Assembly (NCBI RefSeq): GCF_963921235.1
Contig: NC_086108.1
Coordinates: forward strand, 29,080,001 to 29,144,000
Origin: Mobula hypostoma
Taxonomy: Eukaryota
Direction: 5' to 3'
Length of the DNA: 64,000 nucleotides
Below, one piece after another: positions 52,409 through 64,000 of the stretch. The notes under the pieces are model-generated. The model did not search any database. It was not told the DNA's origin and was given only the letters and a program-made list of their open reading frames with translations. The translations under genes were made by a program, and so were the position numbers. Within the stretch, counting starts at the first letter, position 1. The number at the start of each line of letters is the position of its first letter.

Positions 52409-53426
52409 CAAGTGATTCTTGAAAGATCATGACCAAAGCATCTGTTATCTCTTCAGCAACCTCTCTCAGGACTCTGGGATGTAGTCTATCTGGTCCAGGT
52501 GACTTATTCACCTTAAGACCTTTGAGTTTGTCTTGCACTTTTTCCTTTATAATAGCAATGGCACTCACTCCTGCTCCTTGATTCTAAAGGACCTCTAGCA
52601 CACTGCTAAGGTCTTCCACACTGAAGACAGATGCAAAGTACCCATTAAGTTCATCTGCCATTTCTTTGTCCCCCATTACTACGTCACCAGCACCATGTTC
52701 CAGTGGTCCAATATCAACTCCTACCTCCCTTTTCAAAAACTGAAAAACTTTTAGCATCCTACATTATATTATTGATTCACTTGCCCTCATATTTTATCTT
52801 TTCCCTACTGATAGCTTTCTTTTAGTTGCCTTTTGTTGGATTTTAAAAGCTTCCCAATCATCCATCTTCCCACTCACTTTTGCTACCTTGTAGAAAACAT
52901 AGGGAAAAAACATAGAAAGCCTACAGTGCAATACAGGTCCTTCGGCCCACAAAGACGTGCTGAACATGTTCTTACCTTAGAACTACTGAGGCTTACCTGT
53001 AGCCATCTATTATATGCCCTTTCCTTGTAGTCCTTAATTTCCCTTGTCAGCCACAGTTGCCTACGCCTGCCATTTGAGAACCTCTCCTTCTGTGGGCCAT
53101 ATCTATCCCCCGCCTTGTAAACTATTCCCAGAAACTTCAGCCATCTGTGCACTGCTGTCATCCCCGCCAGTATCCTCCTCCAATCCACCTGGGCAAGCTC
53201 CTCTCTCATGCCTCTGTAATTCCCTTTACTGCATTGCAGTACAGATACACACATCTTATGCTTCTCCCTCTCAAATAGCAGTATGAATTCAATCATACTG
53301 TATGATTGAATGATAATAAAGTTCATCTTTCCAGACAATATGGTATTATATATACTGTATGTGTACCTTTAAGTACTGGGGTAAAATCAGATATAATGTT
53401 GTGCTCATACACAAGTAGTGAGTTGA

Positions 53427-54838
53427 ACACACATAAAAATTGCTGGTGAACGCAGCAGGCCAGGAAACATCTATAGGAACACTCACAATGCGCTGGAGGA
53501 ACTCAGCATCAGTTGAAAAGATTAGTCGACATTTCAGGTCGAAACCCTTCGTCAGGACTAACTGAAAGAAGAGATAGTAAAGGATTTGAAAGTTGGTGGG
53601 GGGGAGAACCGAAATGATAGGAGAAGACAGGAGGGGGAGGGATGGAGCTAAGAGCTGGACAGTTGATTAGCAAAAGGGATATGAGAGGATCATGGGATGG
53701 GAAGCCTAGGGAGAAAGAAAGGGGAGGGTGGAAGCCCAGAGGATGGGCAAGGAGTACAGTGAGAGGCACAGAGGGAGAAAAAGGGGGGGGGGGGAGGGAG
53801 AATAAATAAATAAATAAATAAATAAATAACGGGTGGGGTACGAAGGGGAGGTGGGTCATTAACGGAAGTTAGAGAAGTCAATGATCATGCCATCAGGTTG
53901 GAGGCTACCCAGACGGAATATAAGGTGTTGTTCCTCCAACCTGAGTGTGGCTTCATCTTGATAGTAGAGGAGGCCGTGGATAGACATATCAGAATAGGAA
54001 TGGGACGTGGAAGTAAAATGTGTGGCAACTGGGAGATCCTGCTTTCTCTAGTGGACAGAGCATAGGTGTTCAGTGAAACGGTCTCCCAGCCTGCGTCGGG
54101 TCGCGCCAATATATAGAAGGCCGCATCGGGAGCACCGGATGCAGTATATCACCCCAGCCGACTCACTGGTGAAGTGTCGCCTCACCTGGAAGGACTGTCT
54201 GGGGTCCTGAATGATGGTGAGGGAGGAAGTGTAAGGGCATGTGTAGCACTTGTTCTGCTTAAAAGGATAAGTGCTGGCAGGGAGATCGGTGGGAAGGGAT
54301 GGGGGGGACGAATGGACAAGGGAGTCGTGTAGGGAGCGATCCCTGTGGAAAGTAGAAAGAGGGGTAGAGGGAAAGATGTGCTTAGTGGTGGGATCCTGTT
54401 GGAGGTGGCGGAAGTTACAGAGAATAATATGTTGGACCCGGAGGCTGGTGGGGTGGTAGGTGAGGGCAAGAGGAACCTTATTCCTAGTGGGATGGCAGGA
54501 GGATGGGGTGAGAGCAGACATGTGTGAAATGGGAGAGATGTGTGAAATGGGAGAGATGCGTTTGAGAGCAGAGTTGATGGTGGAGGAAGGGAAGCCACTT
54601 TCTTTAAAAAAGGAGGACATCTCCTTCGTCCTGGAATGAAAAACCTCATCCTGAGAGCAGATGCGGCGGAGACGGAGGAATTGCGAGAAGGGGATGGCAT
54701 TTTTGCAAAAGACAGGGTGAGAAGAGGAATAGTCCAGGTAGCTCTGAGAGTCTGTAGGCTTATAGTAGACATCAGTAGATAAGTTGTCTTCAGAGATAGA
54801 GACAGGAAGATCAAGAAAGGGGAGGGAGGTGTTGGAAA
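53427..54838 (-). mobile_element. Neptune-type Penelope element, 5'-truncated, with hammerhead motif (53524-53559)
   Basis: NKCYTCPY linker and GVIYCIRCSRCGLLYIGATRRRLGDRFTEH; homologous to 14579-15925. Confidence 0.9.
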
Positions 54839-54839
54839 T

Positions 54840-55338
54840 AGAAAGGAGAGGAAAGGAAGGACAATCGAAAGAAGAAAACTATGTACAAAGTAGGGAGTGA
54901 TCTTTTTTTACAACATATTCATTGACTTGTGAGAATAAAATCAGGCCTATGACGTGTTACATAGTTAAACCATTTTTCCCAGTATGAATCAAATTGTTCC
55001 AACTTATGATTAACAGATGCTGTTATCTTCTCCGTTTTGTAAATATCCATTATAATTTCCATCCATACATTTAAAGTTGGGCTCTCCTGTGATAACCATT
55101 TCCTGGTAAGGGTCTTTTTACCAGCCACCAACAGTACATTCATTAAATATTTATCTCTTTTCAACCATTCTTGAGGTATATACCCAAAATATATGGTCTT
55201 ACTGTCTAAGAGTATTTCACATTTAAAGATGTCTTGTAGGGCATTATGTATCCCACTCCAATAGTCTTTAATAATGGGACATTCCCAGAAAATATGATAA
55301 TGGTTTACATTTTGATTTCCACAATTTCTCCAGCAAAC
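54840..55338 (-). mobile_element. L1-clade LINE ORF2 C-terminal fragment
   Basis: CWRNCGNQNVNHYHIFWECP knuckle, then LLVAGKKTLTRKWLSQESPTLNVW...EKIT. Confidence 0.8.
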
Positions 55339-56479
55339 AAGAATAAAAGCTGGACTGAACTTTCAGCTTTGACCTGCAGATCAATCATGCATCATTAAGA
55401 TGTCATTGAATAAAGGGGTTTACCAGTTTTCTGTGATGCTGCTGTCACTTTGATAAACTGCATTGCAATTACAATGTCTCTACAATAAGTGCAAGCATCT
55501 GAAATTGGGATGCATTTTCAGAATGGGAGGCTTGCGAAAACTGAGGTCACCTGGGCAAACAGCACAAGTTTCTTTGGCCAATTCCAGACAGTCAACAACA
55601 GACCAAGTTTCTTTGCCTGAAAAGGACAACATTTAAAAAAATAATTTTTGAAGTGTTGTTTTAAGATTTTGGCATTGTTGGCAAAGCCAGTAATGTTCAA
55701 CCCTAATTAGACCTGAGAAGCTGGACCAGCTTCTTGAATAACTTTAGTCCGTCTGACTAAGTTACTCCCACAGTGCTGTAGGTCAGGAGTTCCAAGAGCA
55801 ATAAAAAAGGAACAGTAATATATAGTATTTTAAAAATAGAATGGAGGGGACTGTGTGGATGCCAATGGTCCCTGTCCTTGATGGTAGAGCTTGGGGGACT
55901 TTGAAATTTGTGTTGCATGCATTTCTGGATTCTGGATTCTGGTTACTCCTTTTTTTGCTGTTTTTGTGAAGTTTGATTGGGGTGATTGATGCAGACTGGA
56001 GCACTCCAGTGAAGACTGGGTCAATGGCCTGCAGTCAGTCATTGGTGAGCACTGTACTGAACTAAACTGAATACTCCTGGATTCCTGGTTAGATGTTGAA
56101 GTTCTATGTGTTGTCTGATCGCTTTTGGCCATTTGTGCAATTCATTCTTTTTTTTGCGTGCTGTGTGTTTGAAGTTTTTCTTTGAACAGGTTCCATGTAT
56201 TTCTTTGTTTCTTGGCTGCCTGTGGGAGGACAAATCTTGCAGTTGTATTCTGTATACATACTATGATAATAAATGTACTTGAAATCGTTGTGGGTTTGAG
56301 AGGAGCTGTCAGAGTAGCCTGAATGAGTAACTGTAGTGTATCTTACAGAGGATATATAGTGTAATGACGGAATACTTAAAATGATGCACTGAATAGCCAG
56401 TAAGTGGCCATTCTAGATTATGTTACAGATTCCCTTGTTTATCACATTGACATCAAAGCATACAGTAAAAGCAATTTTG

Positions 56480-59400
56480 TGATTTCAGGACCCCCCTCCC
56501 ATTTGTAAATGGAAGTAACATATCTCACTATGGGGATGGATGCAACATTCTGTTTCCTCACTGTATCATTTGCCAGCCTATCTGGGTGTTTCCTGGCTCT
56601 TTGAGACCTTCTTATCTCATCTTCAACTTCTTCAGCCTCAGGCACTCCTTGGAACTCTTCCTGTTTACTTGGGGATGCCTCCCCCATACATCACTCATAT
56701 CTTCTAGCAATTCATGACCCCGTCACCTGACTGAGCTCAGCTTCATCCTCAGTTACAATGGGTCCCAGCTTCCCATCACTATCTAGCTTTGCATCTGCTT
56801 GTCAACTGCCAGTCACTCCCATTACATCTGAGTCAGGGTTGAGAGATTCAGGAATCGGTTCATCAATTCTTGGGGAGTTTGCATAGGGTAACGTATACCA
56901 CAACCCTATTTCCTCAATCTCTGAGTCCATCATCATTCAGTGGTTGGGCCCATTTCAGGTCTTTCTGCTGATTGCCTTTCTGTTCTCCTTCTTCTGTGCA
57001 GAGTTCTCCTACTAGGTGTAGGTTCCATGTCAAACTCTGGGTCAACATGTACTTCCTGCTATAGGGGTAAAAGCTGATCCCAATGGAGAATTTTGGCGGG
57101 GTCATTCCCAGCTTCTGGCTTCCCCCGGAAAACTGGCACATTTGGCACCTGGCTCTCCACGACATAAGGCATAGACACCCAGCGGTCGGCCAGCTTCTGC
57201 TTCCCTGGTAGCCCCAAATTTCCTATTAAAATTCTGTCTCTAAGCTTCAGTTGAGAGAACCTAATCTTTTGATCATATCTCCTCTTGTTTCCTCGATTTT
57301 GCTTGGTAGCAGAGAAACCTGCTAGCTCATAAGCTTTCTGTAGTTCTTTTCTCATGTCAGACACATACTCCAGATACGTCTTCTGTGGCAAGTCTTCACC
57401 GCTGGCTCCAAAACAAAGATCTACAGGTAAACTCGCCTCACGGCCAAACAGCAAATCCTATAGCGAGTATCCGATGGCTTCTTTTGGTGTACAGTTGTAG
57501 CAGTGGACCAAATGTTCAATATGCTGACTTCACTTGTTCTATTTGTTGGCATCCAGAGTTCCAAGCATGTCTAATAATGTCCGGTTGAATCTTTCAGGCT
57601 GAGGATCACTCTGAGGGTGACAGGGCGTATGTGGTCCTTGACTTCTCGACTCCGAGAAGTAACTTATGCATCAGCCGACTCCAAACTGTGAGACTATGTG
57701 TCCAACATAGTTGGCTGATGTCTTAGAGAATAGGCCCTTGTCCTGTGACAGTTTAACCCTTCAGCTTTCAGGCAGTCGAGCACCTTTGGTAGCCTCAGCT
57801 CTTGCTCCTCCATTGTAGACCTGAACACTAGGAGATCATCCAAGTACACCAGTACCTCAATTGTTCATGTCCCCAACAGTCTTCTCACGACACGTTTGAA
57901 AGTAGCTGTTGCTCCGGTTATGCCCTGGGGTGTTCTTTCAAACTGAAATAATTCAAGTGGACATATGAATGCCGTCTCATCTTCATCAGCTTCATTCATG
58001 GGTATCTGATAATACCCACTCTTTAGGTCTAACACACTGACCCAATTTGCTCCTCTCTGTCAGGCCGGAGCAATCTTGATGCATGAAACAATACATTGGT
58101 CAGGGACTGTACATTAGTTATTCTTCTTCTTCACCAACACTATGGGTGATGCACTGGGACTCCTTGACTCAGTGATAATTCCAGCTTCCTTCAACTTCAG
58201 CAGATGCTGCCGAACATCTTCCACCTCTGCTGGTGTTAACCTTCGAGACCATTCTCTGAAAGAGGTATCCTCTGTCACTCAGGTAGTGTGGTGAGCACTC
58301 TTGGAGTAACCTACATCAAACTCGTCAGTAGAAAAGACATCTTTGAACTTCAACATCTTCTCCGCTAGTCTCCTTTTCCATCCTTCGGGTGCTGGGGTGT
58401 CACCAAAGTTGAATGACTTTGCTGTTAACTTTCTTGATCCAGGAGATTATTACTCTTCCAGTTTCTCACTGGAAAACTAGACATTACGGTCACTGGGAAA
58501 AGATGTGCCATCAGCATCCCATGTCTGAGGGAGACCTCTTTCTCCAAGGTGTTCCTCACAATTACTGTCATCCTGTTTACCTGGACAGCCAAAGGTTTCT
58601 GCAGTTCAGGTCTCATCAGCACTCCAGCAGGTAAGCATGACACTTCTTCGTGATCTCCGGAGTATCCACCAGGAGGGACTTGGCACCAGGCATTCCAGGG
58701 AATTTGGGTTTCCTGTCACTCTTGGTACTTCCCCAGGACATAACATGATGGTTTTGGGTTCGGTGTACCACAAAGTTCTTCGTTTATGTTCACTATCCTG
58801 CTTTGGAGGAACTTGCACTTTCTCAAAAACGGCTCTGAACACCAGGTGAATCGACAAGGTTTTCAAAAAATTCTCTCCATTTCTCTCCTTGCAGGCCTCC
58901 AGGAGCCTTTTCAGAATGGGAGTATTTGGTCTCTCAATAAAGGAAGCTTCACCCTTCTCAACCGGGTCCGGACAGATCGACACTAATGTATCAATGATAC
59001 GAAGATAGGTGAAGGGGTAGGTAGTGCTGAGGAAGCAATGTGATTGCAGCAGGACTTAGACAAATCAGAAGAATGGGCAAAAGTCAGCAGATGGAATACA
59101 GTGTTGGGAAATGTATGATAATGCATTTTGGTAAAAGGAACAAAAGTGCGGACTATTATCTAAATAGGGAGAAGGTTCAAACATCAGAGGTGCAAAGGGA
59201 CTGTGGAGTCCTTGTGCAAGACTCCCAGAAGGTTAATTTACATGTTGAGTCTGTAGTAAAGAAGGCAAATGTAATGTTGACATTTATTTCAAGGGGAATA
59301 GAATATAAAAGCATGGAGATAATGCTGAGCCTTTATAAGACACTAGTCAGGCCTCACTTGGAGTATTGTCAACAGTTTTGGGCCTCATATCTCAGAAAGG

Positions 59401-61638
59401 ATATGTTGTCATTGGAAAGAGTCCAGAGGAGGTTCACAAGGATGATTCCAGGAATGAAAGGGTTAACATATGAGCAACATTTAGCAGCTTTGGGCCTGTA
59501 CTCACTGGAATAGGGTGGATGTGGAGAGGATATTTCCTATAGTGGGGCCTCCAAAGCTAGAGGGCACAGCCTCAAAATTGAGGGCAACCCTTTGGAACAG
59601 AGGTAAAGAGTAATTTTTTTAGCCAGGGAGTAGTAAATCTGTGAAATCCTCTGCCACAGACTGCGGTGTTGGCCAAGTCCAAGTGGAAAATTAAAGCAGA
59701 GGCTGATAGTTTCCTGACCAGTCAGGACATCAAAGGATCTGGTGAGAAGGCAGGGGTTGATTGGGATCCAGGTTCAGCCAGGATGGAATGGCAGAGCAGA
59801 CGTGATTGGCTGAATGGCCTAATTCTGCTCCTATGTCTTATGATCTTATGGTCTAAGGCCTCAGCTACTCCAACATCTTCTTCAGAAAACTCCAGCTTCA
59901 ACAACAAGTAACCATCATATGGGTAGTCATCAGTACTAAAGCCCCAAATTTCTAAGACACTGAATGGCATAAATGCGTTAAATACCTGAATCTCATCATA
60001 AGCTCCAGTGGGCTGTTCATCGTGCCGAAAATGCTTTCTATTGCTTGCATGTAGCCCACAGATATGACCAACAGGTTTTCTGCCTTTAGAGACCTCACCA
60101 CCTCAGCAGCCAGACCTTTTAGATTCTCTACCAGTTGCTGTCTTTTCATATTATCTGAGCACTGCCGCTTATCCAGTTACTGGGATGTCTGCTCCACCCA
60201 GTTCTCATATTCCTCCTCCCCGTTGAGGGTGGACTTGACTCCAGAGAACGTTCTCGGCCTATGATAACTTTGGCTCTCTGATGGACGCTTTGGCATTTAC
60301 CTACCGGTGATGTAATTGCCTAAACCAGCTCAGAATTTCCATCACCTGCTGAAGGATCCATTAGAGCTTTCACATCAGACAACTCCTTTCCCTCACTTCA
60401 CAGAAACAAAAAAAATTCTTTAACGTCTTCACCCTCAGCTACATGCCCCACTTCTCTAAAAGTATGGACTGCCTCCCCAGGTGTCCCTATCCTATAAGGC
60501 AGCACAACTTCAGTTATGTCACTGGTAGTCTGGACTAACACGACATTCTTACCCTCTGAACGGTTAAAACGCCGTTCAACCAGCCGTAACTTTCCCCAAT
60601 ACTTTTATAGAACTCTACACTCCAATTAGTAATTCATCGGGGCTTCAGATAGCCACACCACTCAGAACACAAGCATTATTTATGGGTTATCTCTTAGAAT
60701 CACACAAAACCTTAATCCCCACGGTGTCCATAATAAAGTAACTATTTGCTTTCCCTGACAATTGTTTAAACGCAGGCTTAAACAGTCAAATCATTTCATC
60801 AGTTCTTAACAGCAGTCACACAGCAATCAGAAAATCCAGGATGAGCCCTCACAAACATAGCTCCCTCACCAGGCTTGTATGCAAACTGGGCTCGTTAGCC
60901 AGCTCTGCTAATAGCCACATGACTCAGTGATGAGAAGGCCATCTATCATAAATAATATACGTTATAGGGTTAGTGTGATTTGTGGTTCAACAAAACAGGA
61001 AAGCTGGGATGTTCTGATTAATGGAACCCCGATCTGAGTGAATGCTGTAAGTACTGCCCATCTACAATTATCAGGCGGCAAAAAGAAAAGATCATACACC
61101 ACATACAATGAAAAAGAAAGTGTATTTACAAATTTCAGCTTTTTCAAACAGTAATTAAGAGAAAGAAAGAAAAGACAAAAATAAGGGCTATTACAGTTAA
61201 ACCAATCTAGATGTGCACATGGCATTGAAGCTCAAATTATCCAAAAGGTGGGAATGGCCATTACTTACGGCATTGAATTCTCATCACCAATCACCAGTAG
61301 AGCTTCCCATCTTGGACTCCTTCATCTCGTGAAGTACTTCTTGCAGTTGCATCTTTGTGCCTGATCAAATCCTATGGTTGTCTCTCCCGATCTTCTCTTC
61401 TCTGTTTCTCCTGCGAAAAAGACCACAAGCCCCACCAACTTCCATCACAAATCTCTCACCGCACAGCCCTCTGTAGAACCTTCTTCCATTCCATCATCCT
61501 TGTTTGGCTGACAAAACATTTCTAAGTTGAATATCATAGCCCCTTGTCTTTAGCCAAAAGTAACATTCTCCCAACAGGACGCAGTGCTTTTACAGAAAGC
61601 TACTAAATAAAATACCACACAACATTATCAGTAGAAAT
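56480..61638 (-). mobile_element. Decayed Gypsy LTR retrotransposon: 5' LTR (about 60856-61638), PNMA-like gag, RT and integrase; 3' LTR not seen
   Basis: Degenerate tRNA-Pro PBS (TGAGGGCTCATCCTGGAT) after the LTR; KRQQLVENLKGLAAEVVRSL (gag); LDLKSGYYQIP and VYLDDL (RT); LFGREASLPVDLCFG...KLADRW (integrase). Confidence 0.85.
58990..59833 (+). mobile_element. CR1 3' fragment inserted in the Gypsy element
   Basis: LVRPHLEYCQQFWASYLRKD; TCTTATG tail. Confidence 0.88.
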
Positions 61639-62129
61639 TTTAACTAGGGCACTTCACATGATAGCAAGTAGATAAAGAGATCAGTAAGATACAGCCACTC
61701 AAATAAAAATATTCCAGGTCCGGCCCAATACAAGAAGGCGACACACTGCCCCGGTGGAGCACACTGGTTCCCATGCCTCTCTCCTGGGGCTGTAAGCAGG
61801 TGACACCACAGCTTGAGGCCCACCCAGTCCTTGCACATATAAGTTATTTGATTTGTAGATAAATATTTGAAATATCAACGAATTAAGAGTAATGGGATAA
61901 ATGGGACAGAAGATGAACTGAGACCAGCATAGATCAGCCATGATCACATTGAATGACACGACAGCCTTGAGGAGCCTGAAAGCCAATTCTTTTTTCCCAG
62001 TTTCTTGTGTCTTGTTTATTCTATTTCCTAGTGTCAGTGACTCTATTCAAGCAAAAGTGGTCACCATCTGTATACGAGGTAACCCTTATCTAACGTTGAA
62101 GATGTAATGCAAAGGGCCTTCTCTCAGGC

Positions 62130-62760
62130 ACTTCAGGAGCACTAGAAGGAGGTGATGGGCAGGCAAGGAGAAAAGGAGAGAGAGAGAAACGGGGATGGGG
62201 AATGGTGAAGGAGAGGGTGGGGGGGGGCAGTACTGGAAATTCGAGAAATCGATGTTCATGCCATCAGGTTGGAGGCTACCCAGATGGAATATAAGGTATT
62301 GTTCCTTCAACCTGAGTGTGGTCTCATCAGGATAGTAGAGGAGGCCATAGATAGACATGAGACACACTCAGGTAATGCCCCCCTCTCCTTCATCAGTCCC
62401 CATCCATTTTCCCTCTTTCATCTTATCTCCTTGCCTGCCCATTGCTTCTCTCTGGTGCTTCTCACCCCCTCTCCTTTTCTTTCTTCGATGGCCTTCTGTC
62501 CTCTCCTGTTGGATTCCCCCTCCTCCAGCCCTGTATCTCTTTCACCAATCAACTTCCAAGCTCTTTACTTCACCCATCTCCCCCCTGGATTCTCCTGTAA
62601 CCCTGTGTTTCTCCCTCCCCTCCCCCCACCTTTTAATTCTGCTACTCATCTTTTTTTTCTCCAGTCCTTCTGAAGGGTCTCAGCCTGAAACATCGACTGT
62701 ACTTTTTTCCACAGATGCTGCCGGCCTGCTGAGTTCCTCCAGCATTTTTGTGTGTGTTGC
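62130..62760. mobile_element. Decayed Penelope fragments in inverted arrangement
   Basis: Minus-strand GIY-YIG C-terminus (LGSLQPDGMNIDFSNF), then a plus-strand terminal repeat with a degenerate hammerhead at about 62663-62698. Confidence 0.7.
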
Positions 62761-62848
62761 TTCATCCCTTCAAATCTGTTCCAACTTTCAACTTGATTAT
62801 GGTTGATCTTCTGTCTCAAATCCATCTTCCCCAACCTATACAAATAAT

Positions 62849-62955
62849 GGGGTCCCCACCTGGCACTCAGCTCTCACCTGTGGCTCCCCATAGCTGTGCG
62901 ACAGCGGCCACACCCCGGGCAACGGCTTCGACAAGCCGGCTAAACCAGGTGAGGG
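62849..62955 (+). ncRNA. Candidate HDV-like self-cleaving ribozyme
   Basis: Nested double pseudoknot assigned by eye: P1 GGGGT/ACCCC, P2 CTCTCACCTG/CAGGTGAGGG, P3 TGGC/GCCA, P1.1 CC/GG, P4 CGGCTT/AAGCCG, and GGGCAAC...GGCTAA core. Confidence 0.65.
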
Positions 62956-63323
62956 TAGCCGACGGGTCTCAAACCCTCAGTGAGATAGGGAGTTGTCTAT
63001 CCCAGCATGTGAAGACAGACTCCGGCGGATTGAGCGGATGAGACCAATGGAAGGTCCAACGGTCAAGAAGGTGGTCTCTGTAAGCGTCGTGGAATGTGTA
63101 GAGCAGAACAAGACACAGAAGACGTCCTGGTCATCCACTGCGCCTAGTCCCATCTCCAGCCGTCTCGACTCTGTCTTGCCACTGGACCCAGATGGGAATT
63201 GGGAAGAGAGAGTGAGGCTGACGCTGCGCAACTCTCCCTCACTTAAATCCAAGTCACGCGCTAGTCTCGACACCATCAATAATGGTGTCGAGGTCCTCAT
63301 CGACGTACGATGGACGAACAAGA
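62849..63323 (+). mobile_element. Non-autonomous 475-bp retroelement, probably RTE-derived
   Basis: Perfect 12-bp TSD TATACAAATAAT (62837-62848, 63324-63335). CpG-rich relative to flanks. 3' hairpin TCGACACCAT/ATGGTGTCGA. No tRNA head. Confidence 0.8.
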
Positions 63324-64000
63324 TATACAAATAATATGCAGCCCTTTGAGCAGAAATGCGTGTCATTTTCAAGCGTGAGCTTGCATGGGTGCCTGATGTT
63401 AAATGAGCTGCAGCAACAATATATGGATCTGATTTGACATGCAGCACATTGTAAAAGTTCATCTTGTGTCACTAAAGCTAGTGAAGAAACTGCTGAGTTT
63501 TGTAGGCTTAGGGGCTTCTTTTAGGTGCATTGCATTCTCATGCCGTAGGTTTCAGATGGATTTATTTTTTACTCCCCACTAGATAAGTACCATCCGAAGT
63601 GGTGACGTTCATTTAAATTCCAGCAAAGCATTTACTGACATGTAATTTCCAACCCACATTTGATGAGCTCCAAGTATCATTTCCAAGTAGAAATATTGAA
63701 ATCAGTGTGATTTTGGAAGACTTGATGAGCCCAGCGTGCCTCAGTTCTAGTGGGATGAATCCTGCTTTACTCTATTCCCACCCACACGGTGAACATCAGC
63801 ATCATTTTCTGATTGCAACCTTTTCAAATGTATAATGATAGTCTCATGTTGGGAGATGATTTCTCTTTCATCTGACTGGCAATGTTGCAGAATAGATTAC
63901 CTACTCATGGCAGAATTTACACTGTCTGCATCCTATTTCCACTGCTTAGATACTACAATGGGCAAATAATATTAGGTTTTGGGCCAGATGGCAAGAAAGA

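Larger units (their letters stand above)
49520..53310 (-). mobile_element. CR1 LINE ORF2 and 3' end, interrupted by an LTR, a hAT MITE and a small CR1 tail (about 52890-53000)
   Basis: KSPGPDRLHPRVLRE, YLDFQKAFVKVPH, RPHLEYYQQFWAPY, RNFFSQRVVNLWN. Confidence 0.9.

Noticed and set aside
62977..63462. ORFs of 113-161 aa over the terminal retroelement
   Set aside because: They cross the TSD boundary into flanking DNA and have no recognisable motifs.

Overview
Eukaryotic, repeat-dense, apparently intergenic or intronic DNA from a vertebrate, most likely a cartilaginous fish (inferred from HE1/V-SINE-like SINEs and abundant CR1, Rex1 and Penelope families). I cannot recognise any host protein-coding gene. 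The recognisable long ORFs are decayed transposon fragments: nested CR1 LINEs, a Hero (R2-group, restriction-like endonuclease) LINE, Rex1/Babar and L1 fragments, two Penelope-like lineages, a ~12 kb BEL/Pao provirus carrying six insertions, Gypsy remnants, solo LTRs, hAT and Tc1 MITEs, and tRNA-derived SINEs. The most interesting signals are RNA-level. First, a 475-bp non-coding retroelement (62849-63323, 12-bp TSD) begins exactly at the predicted G1 of an HDV-like ribozyme fold with an unusual hairpin-extended L3. Second, Penelope termini carry minimal hammerhead-ribozyme motifs, including 136-228 bp ORF-less insertions (three hairpin-shaped) that all have 14-bp TSDs. Family names come from motif recognition by eye, and many boundaries are approximate.
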